DNA of 64,000 bases from an uncultured virus (IMG/VR IMGVR_UViG_3300031578_000015) (taxonomy: Duplodnaviria; Heunggongvirae; Uroviricota; Caudoviricetes): IMG/VR virus record IMGVR_UViG_3300031578_000015; one strand, 5' to 3'. A program made the translations under genes and the position numbers. The notes beneath the pieces are model-generated. The model saw only the letters and a list, made by a program, of their open reading frames with translations. It was not told the DNA's origin and did no database searches. Positions 1 to 9,499 of this stretch are shown piece by piece; the first letter of the stretch is position 1, and every line of letters begins with the position of its first letter.

Positions 1-349
1 CTACTGTTTTTGATTTAGTTCTTTTGGTTTCATCCAAAGGCATGATTTCAAAACCATATAATTTTTTTGTATTAAAAGAAAACCCACTTTCACAGTCATC
101 ATAAACCCATTTGAATTTATCTAAAAACTTATAATGTGCTGATGCCACTACCTCGCAAGCCAAAAAAGTTTTTCCTGATGACTTGTCTCCTACAAAATTA
201 ATTACCTTTCCAACAGGATAACCAAGCCCCTCCCCACCACCTACTTGAATATCTAATAATTCAGAGCCAGTTAAATATCTATTTGCCAATGGCTTTTTAA
301 CCTTTTTAGTCAGTATTTTCTTTTCTATGTTATCTGTTTCTTCACTCAT
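1..349 (-). CDS. recA: RecA/UvsX-like recombinase, N-terminal part (runs off window start)
   Basis: Manual translation from ATG at 349: MSEETDNIEK...TGSELLDIQVGGGEGLGYPVGKVINFVGDKSSGKTFLA...VYDDCES. This matches the RecA TGS-LD-GG-G-P-G segment and Walker A. Confidence 0.85.
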   Translation of the reverse strand, partial: MSEETDNIEKKILTKKVKKPLANRYLTGSELLDIQVGGGEGLGYPVGKVINFVGDKSSGKTFLACEVVASAHYKFLDKFKWVYDDCESGFSFNTKKLYGFEIMPLDETKRTKSKTV

Positions 350-536
350 TATTACTTCCAAAATTAAAGTAAATCCTAAATCCCATATTCCAATTTTTAC
401 CAAATACCAAAATAAAAGCAATCCAAAATCCTTTTGGTAAATAATTTCTTAGTAATATATTGATAGTAGGAAGTACAAAATCTGGGGTAAACATATATCC
501 AGGCACCTTATATAATTTTTGAAAATCTAATTTCAA
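342..536 (-). CDS. hypothetical protein
   Basis: TTG start with AAGGAG SD; stop overlaps the recA start. Confidence 0.55.
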   Translation of the reverse strand: MKLDFQKLYKVPGYMFTPDFVLPTINILLRNYLPKGFWIAFILVFGKNWNMGFRIYFNFGSNNE

Positions 537-629
537 TTGTTTTCTCCTTAAAAATCCCGGAAGGTTTATGTTAAATTATTCTTAATAACACTGTTTTGAA
601 TTATTTATGATTCCTTCCGGGTTATTATT

Positions 630-1754
630 TCACTTGGCTTTAAGCTTCTTTTGTTCCTTAGCACAATCTGCCCATAGATCACACTCTTCACAATCTTTAG
701 GGAACTTATCACAGTCCTTACCAAATATATGCTTTTTAGGGCATTTGAAAACAGTAACAGGCTTTCCTACTACAGTTTTTTTAGCAACGGGTTTTGCCTT
801 AGCTTTCGGTGCTGGTTCATCATCCTCCTCATCTTCATCTTCATCTGATTCCTCATCTTCATCCTCAGATTCTTCCTCGTCGGTATCCTCATCAGCATCG
901 TCGTCTTCGTCATCGTCCACATCGTCTTCATCCTCGTCTACTGGATGGCCTTTAGTTTTTCCCTTTGCCTTGGGTTTCTCATCTTCATCATCGTCAGAAC
1001 TATCTTCATCCTCATCACCAAATAATATTTTCTTAGCTTCATCATAAGTATTAAGAATCATTAGTTCATCAAAACTAATTGCCTTCTTTACCCATGAATC
1101 GTCAAGAGGATCATCCCTATCGGAAAATGAGAATGACTTGTATTCAAGGAACTTTATAGATTTCCCATTGATTACTGATTCGGTTTCTGCCGCCCTGAAA
1201 TTGATTGACTTACCATCATCGATATCTACGAAGTCGACGATACCACCATCGTCAGCGCTTGCTTTGGCTTCCTCAATTAATTCCTTTTCAAATAGAAAAT
1301 GGGAAATAGGCCAAATCTGTACTTCATCAGGATTATTCTTTATATCGCGGACATTATAAAAACATTGTCGCTTTGCCTTAAGTGCTCCGGCCTCATCCTT
1401 CTTGCCTTCATTGTAAAATGCCTGACGCTGTTCACAAATCGGGCATGGCTTATTGAAGTTTTCTTTATTGCAAATAATCTGTGCTTGCGTCGGGCCAATA
1501 TTGGAATGAATCCAAAGGTCAAGCATATATGACTGATCACCGACTTTTGCATCTCCAGTCTTTACTAACGGATCATTCTTTGTTTTGATTTCATAGGGGA
1601 TAATATCAATCTTGTTCTTGCCTTCTTTTGGCTTATAAAACTTGATATCCTCTACAAGCTTCCAATTCATTGCAGATGGCCTTGTACCTGCCCCGCGATC
1701 CTTTGACTCATAAGACTTCTTTAGCCGATCCTTTAGCGAATTACTCTTTTTCAT
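630..1754 (-). CDS. single-stranded DNA-binding protein (T4 gp32-like) with long acidic tract and Cys-rich C-terminus
   Basis: H...C...CPIC zinc-site pattern, D/E-rich tract, and location beside recA-like and uvsY-like genes. Confidence 0.7.
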   Translation of the reverse strand: MKKSNSLKDRLKKSYESKDRGAGTRPSAMNWKLVEDIKFYKPKEGKNKIDIIPYEIKTKNDPLVKTGDAKVGDQSYMLDLWIHSNIGPTQAQIICNKENFNKPCPICEQRQAFYNEGKKDEAGALKAKRQCFYNVRDIKNNPDEVQIWPISHFLFEKELIEEAKASADDGGIVDFVDIDDGKSINFRAAETESVINGKSIKFLEYKSFSFSDRDDPLDDSWVKKAISFDELMILNTYDEAKKILFGDEDEDSSDDDEDEKPKAKGKTKGHPVDEDEDDVDDDEDDDADEDTDEEESEDEDEESDEDEDEEDDEPAPKAKAKPVAKKTVVGKPVTVFKCPKKHIFGKDCDKFPKDCEECDLWADCAKEQKKLKAK

Positions 1755-1948
1755 AGTTCTCCTTTAATTGCTAATGTAACTTTGGTATTTTCTGTTAAAT
1801 CAAATAATGGAATGAATCCACCGCCATCTGCAATATTAAATCCAAAACCTAATTCATTATTCATATCGGGATTTTTATAAAGATATGCCAAACTTTTATC
1901 GCCATTACTTTCTAGCCAATACCATGATCTTTCAAATTTTTCCCACAT
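1751..1948 (-). CDS. hypothetical protein
   Basis: Short ORF tightly packed in the operon. Confidence 0.55.
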   Translation of the reverse strand: MWEKFERSWYWLESNGDKSLAYLYKNPDMNNELGFGFNIADGGGFIPLFDLTENTKVTLAIKGEL

Positions 1949-2131
1949 TTATTTGCCCTTATCTGACATTTGATATTTTCTATACTTTACCGTAGCGGCA
2001 TCAAGGGCCTTCAAAACATCATCTGGTTTTTGTCCATCTGCTACAGTAGCAACAAAATTAATATCCTCTGTTTCATAGTTGCCTAAATTAAATTTGCGGG
2101 TAAATGATACTTGAGTAATTTTAATATCCAT
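1949..2131 (-). CDS. hypothetical protein (RKFNLGNYE motif)
   Basis: GGAGG SD and operon packing; NLGNYE is typical of small phage replication-module proteins. Confidence 0.65.
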   Translation of the reverse strand: MDIKITQVSFTRKFNLGNYETEDINFVATVADGQKPDDVLKALDAATVKYRKYQMSDKGK

Positions 2132-2290
2132 TAGTGGTAATTATCCTCCATTTTTATTTCATAACCTAATTCTTGATAATGCTTTGCTAAATATTCTACT
2201 GCCGATGAACTTTGAAAAGGAATCTCTACTCCATCAACTTTCAGTAAATAACAAAAGGGTTCATTACTAATGATGCATATTTTATTCATA

Positions 2291-2758
2291 TTATTTCTTC
2301 TTTAGTTTGCTTCTGACTTCACGCTCTGCCTGTTCCGTTCCACCTTCCTTCTTTCCACCATTCGGCGTCGCATAAAATCCACCAATAAGCAACTTCACTT
2401 CATTATCAATCATTCCCTTTCGATGCTCCATTGCAGATACTGCCGCGATTAGAGTATTTACTTCATGCTGATTTTCAATGAACTTATCTTTATATTCCCT
2501 TACCTGAACATCAGACGCCACCTTCCCAGCAATACTCGCTTCTGTTTTCTTTCCCCATTTTCCTTCGTCCCAATTTTCACGATAATTACCGTCAGCTTGG
2601 GCAGTAGCAAGTTTCAAAGCATCCTCAGAATCGCCTAAAGCATTCTTGGCCTCTGCAAGCTTGTTTGCATAATACCAATAGACAGATGCGTGCTTCTCGC
2701 AAACCTCATCAAGCTGGTATTTATTGAACTTGATATCTGATTCAAAATCTCTTGTCAT
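2291..2758 (-). CDS. UvsY-like recombination mediator
   Basis: Helical 155-aa protein (DIKFNKYQLDEVCEKHASVYWYY) next to SSB and RecA-like genes. Confidence 0.55.
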   Translation of the reverse strand: MTRDFESDIKFNKYQLDEVCEKHASVYWYYANKLAEAKNALGDSEDALKLATAQADGNYRENWDEGKWGKKTEASIAGKVASDVQVREYKDKFIENQHEVNTLIAAVSAMEHRKGMIDNEVKLLIGGFYATPNGGKKEGGTEQAEREVRSKLKKK

Positions 2759-2966
2759 TTATTCTCCTTATTTTTATACCATTTAATTCCAAATCTACTT
2801 ACATAATGACACTTTTTATTATTGATAGTGTTCATCCCACTTTCTTGAATAGTAAAAAATCTTTTGATTATTCTATAAAAAGCAAACCAAAATCTATCAT
2901 CAATTCTTATCAATTATTTTCTCCAAATAGAAAAGTAATATTTTTACATAAAGGAATAATTATAAA

Positions 2967-3359
2967 TTACTCCTCCTCTTCCTCGTCGTCAGCTTCCTCT
3001 ACATCATCGTCCTGATCCTCTGCTTCGGCATCATCCTCGTCGTCATCGTCAGCGGGTTCAGGGGCAGGCTTGGCCTTAGCTTTCGGAGCCTTGGTAAGGG
3101 CCTTCTTCTCGGTCTTGGCCTTGGAGGCAGGCGCCTCATCCTCGTCACCATAACTAAGCTTGTCAGGATTGAACTTCGCGACTTTGGCAGAGAGCTTGGC
3201 AAGAAGGGCATTGTAAGCCTTTAGAACCTTCGCAACATCCTTAGCACTAAGATTCAATCCACCACGGCCACGAGTCCGGGTAAATCCTGCAGCATCAACA
3301 GCCTGCTTGACAAGCCCTTCATCAAACCCCACTGCCACTAGATCACGTACAGATGCCAT
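2967..3359 (-). CDS. small Ala/Lys-rich protein with acidic tail, probably highly expressed
   Basis: Strong AAGGAG SD and distinct GC-richer codon usage (AAG, CTT, GCC). Confidence 0.7.
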   Translation of the reverse strand: MASVRDLVAVGFDEGLVKQAVDAAGFTRTRGRGGLNLSAKDVAKVLKAYNALLAKLSAKVAKFNPDKLSYGDEDEAPASKAKTEKKALTKAPKAKAKPAPEPADDDDEDDAEAEDQDDDVEEADDEEEEE

Positions 3360-3405
3360 AAAAATCTCCTTGAAAATATTTTATCTATTCATACGAATAG
3401 ATTAT

Positions 3406-3633
3406 TTACTCTTTATAATTTATTACTTCCATAAAACATTTATTACAAAATAAATATGGTTCAGTATGGTTCAATATAATTGAATCTGGGTAATCTCTTC
3501 CTAATAATCCCCCTTCATTCTCTCCATTAATAATTTTCCATAATTGACCATTAAGCAAAATACCTTCTTTAATTATCTCTTTACATTTTCTGCAAACAAA
3601 TCCATCTAATTTGCCATCTTGTCTTATTCCCAT
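3406..3633 (-). CDS. hypothetical protein with CxxC...CxxC motif
   Basis: CRKC and CNKC motifs; own promoter and SD. Confidence 0.6.
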   Translation of the reverse strand: MGIRQDGKLDGFVCRKCKEIIKEGILLNGQLWKIINGENEGGLLGRDYPDSIILNHTEPYLFCNKCFMEVINYKE

Positions 3634-3641
3634 TTTATTTT

Positions 3642-3683
3642 CTCCTTATCTATATTATACATCATCTTTAATAATTTTTTCAA
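3642..3683 (-). promoter_or_regulatory. sigma70-type promoter with recurring AAGATGATG-TATAAT box plus SD
   Basis: Minus strand reads TTGAAA-N18-TATAATATAGATAAGGAG. Related boxes occur near 4630, 14990 and 27220 (minus) and 29740 and 31815 (plus). Confidence 0.6.
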
Positions 3684-4606
3684 CAAATTGCATTAAAGCA
3701 ATCTAATATAATCCCAAACTTTCCTGATGAATATGTAGGTTCCATAAACGCTTCCATAGTGATTGCAGCCTGCTTATTAGTTGATTTCAATAATACTGCC
3801 GACATATACCCTAAAACAATATATCTAACCGTCTCAGCATCATCTAGTTTTCCATTTTCCTTTAGCTTAGATAGGATCTTGTTTACTTCATTCCACGGCT
3901 TTTTTGCTAACAATGCCCTAGCTAATTCTATAATTTCAATATCATCCTCAGAGCCTTTTGAATCAAGTATTTTTTCAATATCCTTGTCATCATCAGCATT
4001 TGATATTTGCTCTAACATTACTAAGGCATTTCTAGGGGAACCTTCACATTTCTCAGCTATGCTTTCAATAATATCATCTGATAGTTTTATCTTTTCTAAC
4101 TTACAAACTCTATTTATTATTTCTTTAATATTATCAATTGGTAATGAAGCAAACTTTATTTCAGTACAACGGGAGCGAATAGCTTTTATTAGTTTATTTG
4201 GGTCAGTAGTGCATAATAGAAAATAAATATGATTTGGCGTGTCTTCCAAAGGTTTAAGCATTGCATTAGAAAAATCTGCTGTCCATTTATGACACTCATC
4301 TAGGATATAAACTACATAATTCCCGCTGGCGGGTAGCATACGGATAGATGACATTATTTCCCTAGCAGTATCAATGCCTCTACTATTTGCAGAATTGATT
4401 TCCCTGATATCCATATCACTAGTACCTAATTCTTTTGCAATGATCCTTGCAGTAGTTGTTTTACCTGTTCCTGGTGGACCTGATAATAAATAGACGTGGG
4501 AATGATTTTTCTTCTTTAGAGAGTTTTGTAAAGCCTTTATCTGAGCTTCATTGCCTACCATATCCTCGAATGATTCTGGTCTGTATTTGACATATAAATT
4601 GCTAAT
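3680..4606 (-). CDS. dnaX: DNA polymerase III gamma/tau-like clamp loader ATPase, probably starting at ATT 4606
   Basis: Motifs LYVKYRPESFEDMVG, GPPGTGKTT, EINSANSRGID, ILDECH, LKPLED and IRSRC. Confidence 0.9.
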   Translation of the reverse strand: MSNLYVKYRPESFEDMVGNEAQIKALQNSLKKKNHSHVYLLSGPPGTGKTTTARIIAKELGTSDMDIREINSANSRGIDTAREIMSSIRMLPASGNYVVYILDECHKWTADFSNAMLKPLEDTPNHIYFLLCTTDPNKLIKAIRSRCTEIKFASLPIDNIKEIINRVCKLEKIKLSDDIIESIAEKCEGSPRNALVMLEQISNADDDKDIEKILDSKGSEDDIEIIELARALLAKKPWNEVNKILSKLKENGKLDDAETVRYIVLGYMSAVLLKSTNKQAAITMEAFMEPTYSSGKFGIILDCFNAIC

Positions 4607-4910
4607 GTTTTTCTCCTTCCAACATATTATATACTATCTTTCAAATTTTTATCAGATAATCTTTCAATTTCCTCAAATTGTTCTCCTATAATAGTTAATA
4701 AGTTTTTCAAATGTTTTGTACTTGCTCCCATTTTCTTTCCTTTTATGCAATCCTCCGCCCATGTTAAAGATTCTTCCTGTTCTTTTGTCATGTCTATTCC
4801 TTTATGAGATTAAGAAATTGGTGCCTAGAAGCTATTCCATACCAAAAACCATAGGTATATTACCTGAAGCAAATCAAACCAGTCCTAGACAATATTAGGA
4901 AAACTATATA

Positions 4911-5273
4911 TTAGCATTTCTTTCCATGCTTATATGGACGGGTCGCATTATATTTCATTTTCATAGCAACATGATTTTCAATATCAATTTTCATATATCC
5001 GCAAAGATCCAAAATCCTGATAAGAGTGTCGGCAATCTCATCTTCAAAAGTATCTTTGATGAAATCTTCAAAGGATATAGTTTTGCCAAAATGAAAATCT
5101 GGGTCAACAAGTTTTGCATAATTATCTTTTCTATATGCCTCCATTGCCTCTCCTAATTCAGAAACAATCAGCATAAGTTTTTCAGGAATATTTACGGTTT
5201 CATCATCATAGAAACCATGAGCCTTCGCATTTTCATGGATTTTATCTCGTAGTTCATTCAACATTATTCCCAT
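4911..5273 (-). CDS. MazG-like nucleotide pyrophosphohydrolase
   Basis: LIVSELGEAMEA...EDEIADTLIRILD and KMKYNATRPYKHGK. Confidence 0.85.
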   Translation of the reverse strand: MGIMLNELRDKIHENAKAHGFYDDETVNIPEKLMLIVSELGEAMEAYRKDNYAKLVDPDFHFGKTISFEDFIKDTFEDEIADTLIRILDLCGYMKIDIENHVAMKMKYNATRPYKHGKKC

Positions 5274-5757
5274 CCTTTATAATTAATTCTTTTGCATATG
5301 GTAATGTCTCAATCCATTTACAAAATTTCTTCCAATGAGGCAACCTATGATTTCGCCTAGCAAAATATATTCGCCTAAGTGTTTGATAATTAGTCATAAA
5401 ATATCTTGTCTGTAAAAACCCCTCCTTGATGTTTTCCTTATAATTGATAAAATCATCTTCATTTTCAAACTTAGGGGCAGAATGCATAGTTGACTCTGAT
5501 CCTAATTGTTCATTGCCGATTCTATAAGTAACAAACTCATGCCAAAAATATCTAGGCGCTGTTAATGAATAATAAACTTGTAATCCACGTAAACTTTTTG
5601 CTTCATCATCGCCATGTAGGACTAATTTTGAAAGCAATACAATATCGTCTTGAAATGAATATATTTTATTTTGTTTATGTGATAATCTAGCGGCATTAGC
5701 GCAAAAAGTAAAATCAGCATCATACGGCCAATGATAATTAAGTATTGTTATATACAT
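5254..5757 (-). CDS. short ThyX-like (flavin-dependent thymidylate synthase-related) protein
   Basis: AARLS, APRYFWHEFVTYR, SESTMH, TNYQTLRRIYFARRNHRLPHW; the canonical RHR/SxRY motifs are altered. Confidence 0.6.
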   Translation of the reverse strand: MYITILNYHWPYDADFTFCANAARLSHKQNKIYSFQDDIVLLSKLVLHGDDEAKSLRGLQVYYSLTAPRYFWHEFVTYRIGNEQLGSESTMHSAPKFENEDDFINYKENIKEGFLQTRYFMTNYQTLRRIYFARRNHRLPHWKKFCKWIETLPYAKELIIKDGNNVE

Positions 5758-7776
5758 TTATTCTCCTTTCAAAAGCCCTGTTACTTTCATTTCTGCCCAA
5801 CACCCATTCACTTCACTTATTTTTTTCTCGATGAATAATGGAACAATTAACCAGTCAAATTGCTCTCTAATTTTTTGCGTTCCATAATTCCAAACAATAT
5901 AATCCAAATAATCCTCCTCCTCTGGATAGATATTAGGAATGATGGAATCATGAATTTCCAACAGTACCCTGCTTTTCATTTTCTTTTGCACTAATTTATG
6001 TGATACTTGTTGCAATGTCCATAACTTGCAATGACTTGCCGTTCCTTGAACAGGATAATTCAATATTTGATTCCTGGTCATTGGCGCATAGCACCTGAAT
6101 CCGGTAAGTAATTCTATATATCCTTTTTTCTCATAATCGGCCAATGTTTTTTCTCTAAAAGCATATGCAACATGAAATTTATCCCAAAATTTATCTTCTA
6201 CATCTTTCATATGCCTTTGCATATCTTTTATATTTTTAATGCCACAAGAAATTAAATGTTCTCTACTTTCCTTATCGCATTCATTCCATAAATTAACCGC
6301 AGTATTTTCCCAATAAGAACCATATGTAGTTGCAAATATAAAATTGCTTTTAGTTGTTTGTCTTTCTGATTTCAATACATCTTTTATTTTTCTGATATAC
6401 ACTTCTGCCGCCCAATCCCTATGCATATCAGTAGACGCATCATTGACATATCTTAACCATTCTGGATCTTTATTATAAACGGCATTGATTATCGCTTCCA
6501 TAGCCTTATAATCATATTCGCCTAATTTGCAATTATGTTTAGGAATAAAGCATTTTCTGATTATGTTCATTACAATTTCATCGCGTACAGGAATATTTTG
6601 CAAATTTGGATCACCGCATGAACTTCGGAAAGTTTGTACATTTTCCAATCTAATAGATGCGTGAAGTAGCCCATCGATATTTTCTCTAGTCAATGATGTT
6701 AAATAAGTGTCTTTTACCTTTTTCCACTTTCGCCATTCTAATACTTTCTTGACCAATGGCGATTTGTATTTTTCCAATGTAGTAACATCGGTTTTTGCTT
6801 TTCCAGTAGCCGTCTTATTCTTATCTGATAATTTATAATCAAGCTTGTCAAATAGTAAATATGCTATATCATCAGCAGCAGTAAATCTAAACTTACTATT
6901 TCTATCCCATAATTTCATTTCCTTCATGTTCATGGTATCACGTTCAATAGTTTTCATTTTAGTATTTATTTCTTCAAATGATTCTTTTGCCTGTTCAGAA
7001 TCAAATGGGAATCCTTCAACTTCTACTCTAGCTAAATCCAATGATGCTTCTGTAAAAAATTTTGCTCCGATGCTTGTATGTTCATCCAACTCCTTCAATT
7101 GTTTTTTATACAGTAAATAAGTGAATAATGAATCAAGCCCACCATATAGTAGTAAATCATTTAACGGAGCTTTATCTATTCTATTGAATGCATTGGCACC
7201 ATATTTTTTCTCTTCAATAGGATCAGGCTTCAAATAGTTTTCTATTGATTCCTCATATCCACCTACATTGAAATATTGTTTGGTCAGTGGCTTCAATCCC
7301 ACCTTGCCACGATTATCTATTACATGGGCATTTATCATTGTGCAAGCAATAATATTTTTAGGCCAATATCCTAAAATTACTTTTGTCCATACTGATTCAA
7401 ACTTCGCATTATGACATATCTTTTTTACTTCAGACAACATTGCTTCTTTCCAGGCAAGTCTAAAATTATCATCATCGAAAAATGGAAATGAAAATGCTTC
7501 CTTGCCATTGCTTAGTGAAGCTGAAAATATCCTATGCCCTTTCCTATATGGCTTTTTACCTGTGGTCTCATAATCAAATGCAAAATCATTTTTTGAAATA
7601 TATCGTATTGCATGGATAGCTTCTTTTACATCAACAATCACAGATACTTTTTCTACATATGAATTATATACTTCTAATTCCTCTTTAGTCATTGTAACTT
7701 TTTTTACATTGTTTTTTATAACTTCATCGCCGCGAGTAATTGCAGTTTCTTCTAGATCAAAAAAACCTTTAGGCAT
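5758..7776 (-). CDS. polA: family A DNA polymerase with 3'-5' exonuclease
   Basis: ExoI FDYETTG, ExoII HNAKFE, ExoIII YGGLD; RSSCGDPNLQNIP; motif A DYKAME; motif B RQTTK...YG; NYPVQG; motif C IHDS. Confidence 0.95.
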   Translation of the reverse strand: MPKGFFDLEETAITRGDEVIKNNVKKVTMTKEELEVYNSYVEKVSVIVDVKEAIHAIRYISKNDFAFDYETTGKKPYRKGHRIFSASLSNGKEAFSFPFFDDDNFRLAWKEAMLSEVKKICHNAKFESVWTKVILGYWPKNIIACTMINAHVIDNRGKVGLKPLTKQYFNVGGYEESIENYLKPDPIEEKKYGANAFNRIDKAPLNDLLLYGGLDSLFTYLLYKKQLKELDEHTSIGAKFFTEASLDLARVEVEGFPFDSEQAKESFEEINTKMKTIERDTMNMKEMKLWDRNSKFRFTAADDIAYLLFDKLDYKLSDKNKTATGKAKTDVTTLEKYKSPLVKKVLEWRKWKKVKDTYLTSLTRENIDGLLHASIRLENVQTFRSSCGDPNLQNIPVRDEIVMNIIRKCFIPKHNCKLGEYDYKAMEAIINAVYNKDPEWLRYVNDASTDMHRDWAAEVYIRKIKDVLKSERQTTKSNFIFATTYGSYWENTAVNLWNECDKESREHLISCGIKNIKDMQRHMKDVEDKFWDKFHVAYAFREKTLADYEKKGYIELLTGFRCYAPMTRNQILNYPVQGTASHCKLWTLQQVSHKLVQKKMKSRVLLEIHDSIIPNIYPEEEDYLDYIVWNYGTQKIREQFDWLIVPLFIEKKISEVNGCWAEMKVTGLLKGE

Positions 7777-8198
7777 TATTTATCCTTATTCAAACACATA
7801 TTTTCAGGATTAAAAACTCCTTCAAAACAAGGATAATAATCATTGGTATTTGTAGTGCCAACTGAAATAACTATTTTACCAGTAATACAATCAATTAAAT
7901 CTACTACATCATTATTTTGATATGAATCATTATCCCTAATTATTCCCAATACTTTTACTGGCTTGAATGTATTGGTAATTTCCAATCCTTCACGATTTTC
8001 TTTAAGTTCATCCATACACGATCTATAACCATCTTCTGAATTTTCGATAGCTGAAATATTTTTACCATCTAAAATAAAATCAACTGTACTTGAATCTGAG
8101 TATTCCCAATCATTTTCTTTTGCAATAGTTCCGTATTGACAACCAGTTAAAACATGTCCCCCAACTAAATCTTTTAATTCCATTTTACTCTCCTCCAT
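7776..8198 (-). CDS. hypothetical protein
   Basis: 140-aa ORF in the operon (EDGYRS, GTTNTNDYYP). Confidence 0.65.
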   Translation of the reverse strand: MEESKMELKDLVGGHVLTGCQYGTIAKENDWEYSDSSTVDFILDGKNISAIENSEDGYRSCMDELKENREGLEITNTFKPVKVLGIIRDNDSYQNNDVVDLIDCITGKIVISVGTTNTNDYYPCFEGVFNPENMCLNKDK

Positions 8199-9291
8199 CG
8201 AACGTCGAGATTAACTGAATACCAAACTCCGAAACGAATATAACTCGCGTTCTAACTTTTCCACCAACTTCGGTATTTTTCAAATAGAAACTCTTGCTAT
8301 ATTTAATTCCGCTTTCAATCATGTTATAATCTACGAAAATGCTGATTGGATCAAATTCCTTCTTGAATGGCTTTTCCCATGGAACATTTTCTGTATATTT
8401 TCCACTTGGCCGTTGACTAAATACCTCGATAAAATCTTTTGTAAATGTCAATTTAACAGTATCGAAACTTTCAATATTTGTGCTTAATGCTGCTGCCCTA
8501 TTCACTGCATCAATAAGTTTATTTGGTAATTCATTAGATATATCACCTTTTTCCTTTGCATGGGTAGTGACCAATGTATTGATCTTATCAAATGGGTAAT
8601 TATCCTGTACTAATCTTTTGCAACTAAATACTGTTTTATCCTCAGTGATGAAATGAACCCATGAATCACTTACATAATACTTTTTAGGATTTGATAATTT
8701 AAGCAATTCAGTAACTGCATCGTTATTGATCCAGAAACTATTTACAAACGCTTCATTCAACCCATACCAATTTATCTTTAGTTCATCAGCAGATACCATT
8801 ACTTGCTCATTGCAGAATAATCCTGATAATTTGGATTTAGATGAAAAATTACACAATTGCATTCCCTCGAAAAACCGTTCTGGAATTGGGGTAAACTTTT
8901 TAGAATCAATCTTTATTCCCTGGATACGTTCAATCAGGTTATTTTCTAGCAATGTGATTTCTGCCCGAGCATTTTCTGACTTGATGATCCACATATCATT
9001 TTTAGGAATGATAGTAATGGTATCACCTTCATAGCGGGAAATCAGATCATAAAAATCCTTTGCCTTGATAGCGGCTGAAATGTTCTCGCCAGCTTTATTG
9101 GTGATAGGAAAATGTACAGATACTGATATTGCATCATTATAAGTATAGATATACCCATTATGAAAAATATAAGTATCCGCGCCTTGCAAAATGGTATTGG
9201 AACTTTCTACACCAGGCATTGCCTTTTTCATTGCAGTAAGAAATTCACTTTTATTCAGATTCACTTTGTTCTCCTTTGTATGTTCCTGCAT
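8185..9291 (-). CDS. sliding clamp (DnaN/beta-like), copy 1; likely start GTG near 9264
   Basis: Clamp-sized (~360 aa) with beta-like spacing (NKSEFLTAM, CKRLVQDNYP, LIDAVNRAA); next to polA and dnaX. Confidence 0.6.
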   Translation of the reverse strand: MQEHTKENKVNLNKSEFLTAMKKAMPGVESSNTILQGADTYIFHNGYIYTYNDAISVSVHFPITNKAGENISAAIKAKDFYDLISRYEGDTITIIPKNDMWIIKSENARAEITLLENNLIERIQGIKIDSKKFTPIPERFFEGMQLCNFSSKSKLSGLFCNEQVMVSADELKINWYGLNEAFVNSFWINNDAVTELLKLSNPKKYYVSDSWVHFITEDKTVFSCKRLVQDNYPFDKINTLVTTHAKEKGDISNELPNKLIDAVNRAAALSTNIESFDTVKLTFTKDFIEVFSQRPSGKYTENVPWEKPFKKEFDPISIFVDYNMIESGIKYSKSFYLKNTEVGGKVRTRVIFVSEFGIQLISTFDGGE

Positions 9292-9499
9292 CTATTCGAC
9301 ATTGAATATTATGTTCTATCGCGGCTTCAATTCCATATTCATTCCAGCATTCTTCACACATATCAGTCTGTGAATATGGATATTGACTTTCTGTATCCCC
9401 TGTATAAATCGCAATGCTTATATACAATATATGTGGTTTTGTAATTCCACAAAAATTGCATTTGGCTTGCTTCCAGCCATCAGGATCGTTTATAGCCAT
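9251..9499 (-). CDS. hypothetical CxxC...CxxC protein
   Basis: CNFC and CEEC motifs; operon packing. Confidence 0.55.
   Translation of the reverse strand: MAINDPDGWKQAKCNFCGITKPHILYISIAIYTGDTESQYPYSQTDMCEECWNEYGIEAAIEHNIQCRIDAGTYKGEQSESE

Noticed and set aside
556..622. CCCGGAAGG/CCTTCCGGG inverted repeat after the SSB gene
   Set aside because: Probably an ordinary terminator or processing stem; single copy, nothing further to support.
607..1047. Poly-Ser ORF on the plus strand
   Set aside because: It is the antisense shadow of the Asp/Glu tract in the SSB gene. The same applies to most short opposite-strand ORFs in the track.
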